A stretch of DNA of 25,842 nt, taken from assembly GCA_964426185.1 (NCBI GenBank), contig CAYRPF010000042.1:1-25842 (forward strand), in the 5' to 3' direction. Within the stretch, counting starts at the first letter, position 1; each line of letters opens with the position of its first letter. Shown here one piece after another: positions 1-7,250 of the stretch. Source of the DNA: an uncultured archaeon (GTDB lineage: Archaea > Asgardarchaeota > Lokiarchaeia > Sigyniarchaeales > Promethearchaeaceae). The position numbers were made by a program, and so were the translations under genes. A model generated the notes under the pieces. The model did no database searches, was not told the origin of the DNA, and saw nothing but the letters and a program-made list of their open reading frames with translations.

Positions 1-17
1 ACATTAGCTAGTTAATC

Positions 18-335
18 ATGAGTTTATTTGAACCTAATCGAAATTGGAAAAAATGGGCGGATGAATTTGATGTTGCCCTGGATAAAGTGGTAAAGGCTAA
101 TCCGGACTGTTGGATGACTTTAGACTTTATAATTGACGAGCAGACTTGGAACAAGGCGGAGGCGTTAGGGAACGACCCGTATTTTGAAATGACTCTGCCT
201 CAGTATTTTACCGGGAAGATGTGGGATCGGATTAGAATTAGAAAAATTCGCCAGGTTCCCAGAGAAAAAGAAGGTGAACCCATTATGCGGTTTGAAATTA
301 TCCAAAAATACGATCCTACCCAACCTCTAAAATAA
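18..335 (+). CDS. Hypothetical protein (105 aa)
   Basis: ATG start and TAA stop, protein-like composition, 28 nt upstream of the co-oriented CDF gene; no recognisable motif. Confidence 0.7.
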   Translation: MSLFEPNRNWKKWADEFDVALDKVVKANPDCWMTLDFIIDEQTWNKAEALGNDPYFEMTLPQYFTGKMWDRIRIRKIRQVPREKEGEPIMRFEIIQKYDPTQPLK

Positions 336-363
336 GAAAACAAATTTACTCGGAGAATATAGT

Positions 364-1953
364 ATGAATAAGAGATCTCAACCTTCCCAAAATCAGCACA
401 ATCAATCTCAATCTTCTCAAACACCCCCAGCCCAAAATCTCGCTTTAAATTTACTAGAAGAACGTAATTTGCAAAAGAAAGTCTCCTGGCTTTCAATTTT
501 TCTGGTAATCACTGTATTTATCATCAAAGTCTTGGTATCATTTTTTACCCAAAGTCTTTCCTTTCTCATAGAACTTTCCGATTCCATCATTGATTTGATT
601 GCAGTCTTGATTACATTTATCGCTTTAAAAGAAAGTTCAAAAGAACCTGATTTTGACCATATGTTCGGTCATGAAAAAATCAATTCGTTTGCAGCCCTTC
701 TTCAAAGTCTGTTGATATTGGGAATTTATGGATGGATTCTTTATTCTTCCCTAAAAAATTGGATATTGGGTACATTACCAGATGCATCCAACACGTTATT
801 CGGGATTGGAGCCATAATATTAACCATAGGTTTAGTATTTGCAATCTCTCAAATTATTATCGGCATTGGCAAAAAGAGTAAAAATCAGCTGATTCTAGCA
901 CAAGGAGCCAATTTTCGGGGTGATTTTTATCGAAACATTACCGTTATTGTCAGTTTGACTGCCACATACTTTGGGATTAAATACATCGATGCCATTGTGG
1001 CTATTTTCTTTTCTTTAAAATCGCTATATGAAGGATTTAAAATTTTAAGGCAAAGTTATAGAGAATTGGTGGATACAAATCCAATTCCCCCAGAGAAAGT
1101 AAGAAAACTGCAGCAGAAATTAGAAAATATTCCAGGTGTCCGTGAAATTCAAGATTTGAAAATTCGCACTACGGGGAATAAACTCGATCTATCTTTATGC
1201 ATTAAAGTCAAAGGAAAGCAGCGAGCATTTCAAATAGATTTAATTACAGAGCGGATGTATAAAATTGTATCTGCTGAGTTTCCCGGCTATCATTGCAATA
1301 CCTATTTTTGCACAAGAAGTCCTAAACTTCATCCTCACTTGACAGATAGCCAATGGATATCTAACATTATAAGAAAATCGATTGATTTTTACCCAGAAAT
1401 AACCAATATCCATAATATCGCCATAGATCAGTTCCAAAACGAATTTTTAATACGTTTCCACATCGATTTACCAGGAAATTTAACGTTATCAGAGGGACAT
1501 TTGATAATTTCTCAATTTGAACAAGATTTACGAGATATCATCCAACAAACTTTGGATACTCACATTATGTTGAAATTTGTCTCACATTTGGAACCCACGC
1601 ATGATCTGGACCGAATTCACTTCCATCCAGTTTTGAATCCAGAAAATTATTCAGAGATAGAAAATAAGGATTTGGAGAAAAAATTAAAGAAAGAATCAGA
1701 GAAAGCATTAATTGTAGCAACAAGTAAAATTCGAGAAATAGTGCATTCTTTTTCTGAGGTGCAAGAAATTCACGACATTAGGTTATTGATGGAATCAGAT
1801 GGTTGGTTTTTATCCTTTATGCTCCATTTAAAAAGTGATTTAACCATTTTTCAAGCCCATATGTTGAATGAACAGATTGAACAGAAGTTATTTATGCAAT
1901 TTCCCCAACTTAGGGATTGTACCATTCATAACGAACCAAAAGAAGCTAACTAA
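364..1953 (+). CDS. Cation diffusion facilitator (CDF/FieF-like) transporter with three tandem cytosolic dimerisation domains
   Basis: About 6 TM helices; TM2 SDSIID; PDFDHMFGHEKIN signature; TM5 NFRGD; three C-terminal repeats, two with (G/A)H...HxEP patterns (EGH...HLEP; QAH...HNEP). Confidence 0.92.
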   Translation: MNKRSQPSQNQHNQSQSSQTPPAQNLALNLLEERNLQKKVSWLSIFLVITVFIIKVLVSFFTQSLSFLIELSDSIIDLIAVLITFIALKESSKEPDFDHMFGHEKINSFAALLQSLLILGIYGWILYSSLKNWILGTLPDASNTLFGIGAIILTIGLVFAISQIIIGIGKKSKNQLILAQGANFRGDFYRNITVIVSLTATYFGIKYIDAIVAIFFSLKSLYEGFKILRQSYRELVDTNPIPPEKVRKLQQKLENIPGVREIQDLKIRTTGNKLDLSLCIKVKGKQRAFQIDLITERMYKIVSAEFPGYHCNTYFCTRSPKLHPHLTDSQWISNIIRKSIDFYPEITNIHNIAIDQFQNEFLIRFHIDLPGNLTLSEGHLIISQFEQDLRDIIQQTLDTHIMLKFVSHLEPTHDLDRIHFHPVLNPENYSEIENKDLEKKLKKESEKALIVATSKIREIVHSFSEVQEIHDIRLLMESDGWFLSFMLHLKSDLTIFQAHMLNEQIEQKLFMQFPQLRDCTIHNEPKEAN

Positions 1954-1959
1954 TGCTCC

Positions 1960-1986
1960 TTTTTTTTAATAAAATGAACCTTTTTT
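1960..1986 (+). terminator. Putative archaeal oligo(T) terminator after the CDF gene
   Basis: T8 at 1960-1967 and T6 at 1981-1986, just after the stop at 1953. Confidence 0.45.
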
Positions 1987-2044
1987 AATGGGGAACGCTT
2001 CTTTTTGTACACCACGGACTTCTTATGCAATTAGGGTGGATAAT

Positions 2045-2566
2045 ATGGAAAAAAAAGAAGTGCAGGTATCAATCAGTTGGCATCCACTTAAAAGATATGT
2101 TAAAATGCCCAAGATTCTCCACGGTCCGCCAAATATGAATATTGTTGATGTGATTTATGAGATAGATCGGCAGTATTTCGAAAACCGTAAGAATTCAAAC
2201 CGAAGTCATCGTTTGGACTTCATGGCAGCAAAGATAAAAAGTACACTTCAAATGCTGTGGAACTCAGAAACTGGGTTGTTTTATGATGATGTTGGGGTAG
2301 AATGCAGGACACCTCCACCAGAATCTAAAACGGTCCCAGTTGAGAAGGATTGGAAAACACCCATTCCTAATGATGCTTATATCGTTTTAATGCCTGATGC
2401 TCAGTGCTGATGAAATGCCGTTGAAGAACGCTTAAAACCAGGGCGTTTTCTGAAAGGATTGAAAATGCAATTTGGAGAAAATTCTCCTATATATCAATTT
2501 TACTACTCTCAGTACCATTCTAGAAAACGTACCAACGCACAAGATTCAAATGATGAGAAGGAATAA
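2045..2566 (+). CDS. Putative selenoprotein with a C-U-U motif (173 aa if both TGA are read as Sec; 121 aa if translation stops at 2410); N-terminal part possibly beta-grasp/ubiquitin-like
   Basis: ATG at 2045 preceded by SD-like AGGGTGGA; TGC-TGA-TGA at 2405-2413; 50 further sense codons (NAVEERLKPGRFLKGLKMQFGENSPIYQFYYSQYHSRKRTNAQDSNDEKE) to TAA 2564-2566; SECIS-like hairpin at 2550-2584; all 19 other credible genes end in TAA. Confidence 0.72.
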
Positions 2567-2584
2567 ACTTCGTCTTTCTCTGAT
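2550..2584 (+). promoter_or_regulatory. Eukaryote-like (Lokiarchaeal-type) SECIS element
   Basis: AUGAU(2550-54), GAGAAGGA(2555-62), loop AUAAACUUCG, UCUUUCUC(2573-80), UGAU(2581-84). Uninterrupted 8-bp stem with one G-U pair, tandem G.A core, AAA 11 nt after AUGA. Possible lower helix AACG(CA)CAAGAUU 2534-2546 / AAUCUUGCGUU 2603-2613. Confidence 0.72.
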
Positions 2585-2611
2585 GCCGATGTCCCTCGGA
2601 AAAATCTTGCG

Positions 2612-2623
2612 TTTTTTTATTTT
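2612..2623 (+). terminator. Putative oligo(T) terminator downstream of the SECIS
   Basis: TTTTTTTATTTT just 3' of the SECIS core, which would place the SECIS inside the transcript. Confidence 0.4.
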
Positions 2624-2743
2624 AGTTAAGATGTTTCCAAAGGCATTTAGGAAGAAAAATATTTATTCTTTTTACTTATACGCATCTATCAAAATAAATT
2701 ACTGTTAATTAACGGTTAAAAATTATCATTACAGGTTGCCTCA

Positions 2744-4129
2744 ATGCGAAAAACTACTCAGATCTCTGGTATATCATTAATTTTAAGTTCTCCCGATGAA
2801 ATTCCAGATTTACAGTGGATTGGAGAAGAACTGTATCTATCTCAATTATTAGCAGCGTGGACCATAGTTGATCCAAAACATGATATTCCAATGAATCCTC
2901 AAATATTAGGTAAACCAGGAGTGGGGAAAACCACCCTTGCATACAGTACAGCTCGATCTTTAGGGTTACCTGTCTATATTTTTCAATGTACGGTTGACAC
3001 TCGCCCGGAAGATTTGTTAATCACGCCAGTAATCGGTAAAAATAATAACATAGAATATCATGCAAGTCCACTCGTTAGTGCGATGATAGAAGGTGGTGTG
3101 TGTATTTTAGATGAAGCCAATAGGATGGCAGAAAAATCATGGGCATCATTGGCACCTTTGTTAGATCAGAGGCGATATGTGGAATCGATCATTGCTGGGA
3201 TTAAAATTCCCGCCCATCCCAATTTTCGAATTTGCGTCACCATGAATGAGGATTCCAGCACTTTTGAAGTTCCTGAATATATTCATTCCCGCCTACAACC
3301 ACAGATTTTTATTGAATTCCCAGACTCTGAAGAAGAATTTCAGATCCTAAAATTTAACCTCCCGTTTGCATCGGACCAGATTATTGAGTATACGGTACGA
3401 TTTTTACAGAAAGCGCATAAGGCCAATAAGAATTACACTGTTCGAGATGGAATCAATATATGTCGCTATTATTTGAAGATTCAACATCATTTTTTTAGTA
3501 AATCAGATAACCCGAACTCTGTTTCAGCAGAATATGCATCCTTGGATCAATCATCTGCAGAACAGAGACAAAATAATGCCACAGATCCAAAAAAAATTAA
3601 TAAGCGCTTATTTCAACAATCCCTTTTCCATATTTTGGGGGAAGAAGGTTATAAATTCTATTTAGGGAAGGAAAACTCTACAGCAAACCATTCGGGTCAA
3701 TTCCAAGATATATTTGATCAGTTAAATGCAATTTTTTACGAAGATTCCATAGAAGATGATTTTAATGATGATTCTCTTATAGATAAATCTGAAAAGGAAG
3801 ATGACTTCGTAGAATTTTCACATGACGATGAAGAACTATTTGAAGATTTTGATGATGAACATATTGATCTGTTAGATTTGATGGAAGAGCAAGATACTAA
3901 ATGGTATGAAAAAAAGGAAGGCAAAGACATATTAGAGCCAATACTCGATGAAGATACAGAGGATGACCAAGATTTTTCCAAAAAAAATAAAGATCCAAAT
4001 GAAATCATTCGCGAATTTTTAGAACGTAAAAATAAAGAAAAGAAAAATAATGAATCGGATAATCTGAATAAACCTCATAGATCTAAGGAAAAATCTTCTT
4101 CGGGGGCAAATTCAAATGATTCTGTATAA
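2744..4129 (+). CDS. MoxR-like AAA+ ATPase (AAA_5/dynein-related) with a long acidic disordered C-terminal tail
   Basis: Walker A GKPGVGKTT; Walker B ILDEANR; IPAHPNFRICVTMN sensor region; D/E-rich then K-rich tail. Confidence 0.9.
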   Translation: MRKTTQISGISLILSSPDEIPDLQWIGEELYLSQLLAAWTIVDPKHDIPMNPQILGKPGVGKTTLAYSTARSLGLPVYIFQCTVDTRPEDLLITPVIGKNNNIEYHASPLVSAMIEGGVCILDEANRMAEKSWASLAPLLDQRRYVESIIAGIKIPAHPNFRICVTMNEDSSTFEVPEYIHSRLQPQIFIEFPDSEEEFQILKFNLPFASDQIIEYTVRFLQKAHKANKNYTVRDGINICRYYLKIQHHFFSKSDNPNSVSAEYASLDQSSAEQRQNNATDPKKINKRLFQQSLFHILGEEGYKFYLGKENSTANHSGQFQDIFDQLNAIFYEDSIEDDFNDDSLIDKSEKEDDFVEFSHDDEELFEDFDDEHIDLLDLMEEQDTKWYEKKEGKDILEPILDEDTEDDQDFSKKNKDPNEIIREFLERKNKEKKNNESDNLNKPHRSKEKSSSGANSNDSV

Positions 4130-6170
4130 AAATCTGCGGATATTTCCGACTTTTCATGATTCCTTGGATTTTTCTTCAGAAATCCGAAATTATTTTTATC
4201 AACACCCCCCTGATCTCATAGCTGTCGAATTTCCAGAAAATCTAAAATTTCTTATTTTGCAAGGAATCGATAGATTGCCAAAAATTTCGGTGGTGCTCTA
4301 TTACGATGAATATCTCGACACTCAGCTTTATATTCCCATAACGCCCGCAGATTCTTTAGTAGAAGCGCTTCGCTTAGGCGAAGAATATGCAATCCCCGTT
4401 GAGTTCATTGATATTTTCATAAAAAATTATCAACCTGCAATTGTTCCTTTGCCCGATCCATACGTTCTGCACTATATCCCATATTCAAAATTCTATGATC
4501 TGTTATGTGAAAATTTACAACTCAAAGAGAAAGCTCAGATATTTCTCCGAAAATATCAACATAGCCAAAATCACCAAGAAAATCCAGATCATTCAAATCA
4601 TCCAATTCATCCAAGTAATCATAAAGAACCTTCATCTTTCGAAATTCCCGGAGAAGAAGATGAAAAGTGGTTACATTCCGCAGAAGAATTGGATTCACTA
4701 CGAAATTTCTATATGGCTTCTCGATTAGCAGAATTAATGAAGTTAAATCCGAATTCCACAATATTAGTTGTTGTAGGAATGAACCATTGGGAAAATATCC
4801 GCGTTCTATTGGAACACCAAATCACAGATTCAGAGATTACAGCTTTTGAACCAGAGATAGAAGCTCAATTGATGAATGTGCGAAATTCAGACATACCAAA
4901 ACTTTTTTCTAACATCCCAAATATCTTATTCCAATTTGAAATTCATCGACAACAGCAAAAAAGTGAATGGGACGACCTGAATAATTTCTCAAAAATACGA
5001 CAAAATCACTTAATTCGAAAACTTTTAAATAAATTTGATATATTGGAAGGAATCCAAGATATTTTAAGTCGCTCATTGGATAGATATGCAAATGAATATA
5101 AGGAGCGAATCTCATTCCAAAAACTAAAAATTTTAACCCAATATGCTCGCAATTTGGCAATTATTGACAATCAAATCATTCCAGATCTGTTTAATACCGT
5201 TTTAGCAGCTAAAAGTATCATTAACGATGATTTTGCATGGATTGTGTACGAGGAGTGCATTGATTATCCTTTTTCTGAAGATTTTTCTGATTTACCTTCC
5301 CTGCACTTCTCAGAATCTGGAATTGTATTGAATGGAAAACGTTTTAGCATTCGAAGAAATATCCCTGTTCGGTTAAAATCAATTAAACTCCCATTACAGC
5401 CAAAACTCAAGGAAAATTACCAAGGAGAATGGAAAAAAGAATGGATGAAGGGGAGATATCAGTTGGTTTCACATATACCCGAAGATATTTTTGAAGAACA
5501 ATATTTTCAGCATATAAGAAACCGTTCACTTTCCCTTTTACGAGATAAATATGTTAAAATTCATAAATTTTCTTCTACTCTAATGGATGGGATAGATTTT
5601 CGCAAAACAATTCGTAATTGGCCTTTTAAACATGAAATTTATGTCCGAGAAGAAGTCCCCATCCAAGGTTCAGTAGATAGTGTAGTTGTCATTTTCGATT
5701 ATGATAATGAAACTTACAAGAAATACCCCTATCGAATGATGTGGTATGCAGAACATGATCATGAAAGTGATTTGGGATTTTACAGTACCTATCCTGGAGT
5801 GAATTTAGTTGGACCTGGAATATCTCGAATTGAATTGGGAGGAGTGGTATCATTTTATCCTCCACGTGGAGTCCCAAATATTTGGTCTAGGCGCTTTCAA
5901 AAACAATATCCTTTTGTTCATTCAACAGACGAACTTCTTTTATTGAGTGCACTGTTATTTGCTCAAAAGAAGTTTATCACTTATGTAGCACCTTCTAAGC
6001 CTCGGCAATTCTTTTATCAAATGGCAGAGAAGTTGAATCTTTCCATAATATTTCTCCCACTAAATCGGTTCAATCCAGTAAGTTTACGAGCATTGCGTCA
6101 TCTACATATATTGGCAGGGAAAAATAAGCGTAATTTGGCATATAAATACATTAATAAGCGAAAATACTAA
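4116..6170 (+). CDS. MoxR partner protein: N-terminal TraB/YehM-like domain and C-terminal degenerate vWA-like region
   Basis: Overlaps the AAA gene by 14 nt; H...PDLIAVEFP and VVVGMNHW motifs resemble TraB/GumN and YehM; GIDFRKTIRN resembles the G-x-D-x-R-R-T-I-R motif that precedes CoxE-type vWA domains. Confidence 0.6.
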   Translation: MILYKNLRIFPTFHDSLDFSSEIRNYFYQHPPDLIAVEFPENLKFLILQGIDRLPKISVVLYYDEYLDTQLYIPITPADSLVEALRLGEEYAIPVEFIDIFIKNYQPAIVPLPDPYVLHYIPYSKFYDLLCENLQLKEKAQIFLRKYQHSQNHQENPDHSNHPIHPSNHKEPSSFEIPGEEDEKWLHSAEELDSLRNFYMASRLAELMKLNPNSTILVVVGMNHWENIRVLLEHQITDSEITAFEPEIEAQLMNVRNSDIPKLFSNIPNILFQFEIHRQQQKSEWDDLNNFSKIRQNHLIRKLLNKFDILEGIQDILSRSLDRYANEYKERISFQKLKILTQYARNLAIIDNQIIPDLFNTVLAAKSIINDDFAWIVYEECIDYPFSEDFSDLPSLHFSESGIVLNGKRFSIRRNIPVRLKSIKLPLQPKLKENYQGEWKKEWMKGRYQLVSHIPEDIFEEQYFQHIRNRSLSLLRDKYVKIHKFSSTLMDGIDFRKTIRNWPFKHEIYVREEVPIQGSVDSVVVIFDYDNETYKKYPYRMMWYAEHDHESDLGFYSTYPGVNLVGPGISRIELGGVVSFYPPRGVPNIWSRRFQKQYPFVHSTDELLLLSALLFAQKKFITYVAPSKPRQFFYQMAEKLNLSIIFLPLNRFNPVSLRALRHLHILAGKNKRNLAYKYINKRKY

Positions 6171-7250
6171 ATGTTACATGTTAACATGATTGAACTAGAG
6201 AACAAATGGAAAAAATGGAATATTCCAATAGATCGTAAAGAGTATATCCATTATTTATCATTTTTCTTAATTACATCGTTGATACTCTTTTTTCTAGGTA
6301 TCTTTCTGAACGAAACTAATTTGGATGAAATTTTATATGCATCAAATCCGTTTGTTTTCTGGTTTGTTAGAATTATTGCAGAATTTGGTTCAATCGCGGG
6401 TATTTTAATTGCTTTTTGTGGAATTCGTCTATATGTTAAACCCAGAATTGGAAGAAGTGCACTTTTTGCATATGGAATTGCTTGGATTGTTACAACCTTT
6501 TTGAAAATAATTGTGCGAGATTTACGCCCCTCTCAAAATATTTATCAAGGGAGACCATTAGGATTGGGTTGGGGATTTCCATCAAGTATATCTGCTGGAT
6601 TAGTATGCTTTTGGGGATTCGTGCTTTTTCACGCAATAAAATATCCTAATCTAAAAGTTCGGAAAATATTGAATTGGATGGGATGGATTTTCACAATTTT
6701 AATTCCGTTCAGCCATATTATAATTGGAATGAGTGATCTGGAGGATATTTTTGGAGGTTATCTTATTGGATTTCCAATTCTTGGATTTTTTCTTTTATTT
6801 GATGCAAAATTGTCAAAAATATATATTCAAGGGTTAAAAATTATAATAATTGGGTTTATTCTTTCCGTTTTTTATGTTGGACTGGGATACATCACTTTTT
6901 CATTGATATTTCCGGAATATTCTCAAGAAATCTTTGAATCACTAACTATTTCCAGTGGAATTATTCTTGGTTTGACAAGCATTTATGCGATTACTATTAA
7001 TCAAAAGTGGTCTAAATTTGAAAATTTCCCCATAAAAAGGCGAAATTTGATTTTTTTTATCCAAATTTTATTAATTCTGGTTATTTCTATTGGATTTGAG
7101 TTGTTGTTTCCTAATATTGTTATGTATGGAATAATCCAGGGATTAATTATTGTAATATTATCGATAATAAGTATTCTACCTGCGATTGTGCTAAATTTCT
7201 TAGAAAGGAAAGGGATTTCCACAACCTCGACAGAATTGAGCAGCAACTAA
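6171..7250 (+). CDS. PAP2-superfamily integral membrane protein, probably catalytically inactive
   Basis: Multiple TMs; C1 KIIVRDLRP intact; C2 is FPSSI (canonical PSGH); C3 is SHIIIGMSDLED (canonical SRxxxxxHxxxD). Confidence 0.8.
   Translation: MLHVNMIELENKWKKWNIPIDRKEYIHYLSFFLITSLILFFLGIFLNETNLDEILYASNPFVFWFVRIIAEFGSIAGILIAFCGIRLYVKPRIGRSALFAYGIAWIVTTFLKIIVRDLRPSQNIYQGRPLGLGWGFPSSISAGLVCFWGFVLFHAIKYPNLKVRKILNWMGWIFTILIPFSHIIIGMSDLEDIFGGYLIGFPILGFFLLFDAKLSKIYIQGLKIIIIGFILSVFYVGLGYITFSLIFPEYSQEIFESLTISSGIILGLTSIYAITINQKWSKFENFPIKRRNLIFFIQILLILVISIGFELLFPNIVMYGIIQGLIIVILSIISILPAIVLNFLERKGISTTSTELSSN

Noticed and set aside
200-496. Antisense and nested short ORFs in the track (e.g. 200..496, 3736..4008, 8869..9189, 15815..16042, 19083..19400)
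   Set aside because: Shadow ORFs of longer or motif-bearing genes; their composition mirrors the real frame (e.g. poly-Ser opposite the acidic tail).
1988-2044. Upstream ATG at 1988 as the start of the CUU gene
   Set aside because: It directly follows T-tracts, whereas ATG 2045 has an SD-like AGGGTGGA.
2408-2413. TGA-TGA as a simple double stop or nonsense pseudogene
   Set aside because: Not excluded, but disfavoured: TAA is used by all other genes here, the frame stays open for 50 codons, the preceding residue is Cys, and a SECIS-like hairpin follows.
2472-2708. 78-aa ORF with TTG start in the ORF track
   Set aside because: It overlaps the in-frame extension of the CUU gene, the SECIS and the T-tract in another frame; no SD or motif.
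4555-4625. His-spaced insertion (HSQNHQENPDHSNHPIHPSNH) with ~9-nt periodicity in the MoxR partner
   Set aside because: Most simply a low-complexity loop from slippage; no evidence for function from sequence alone.
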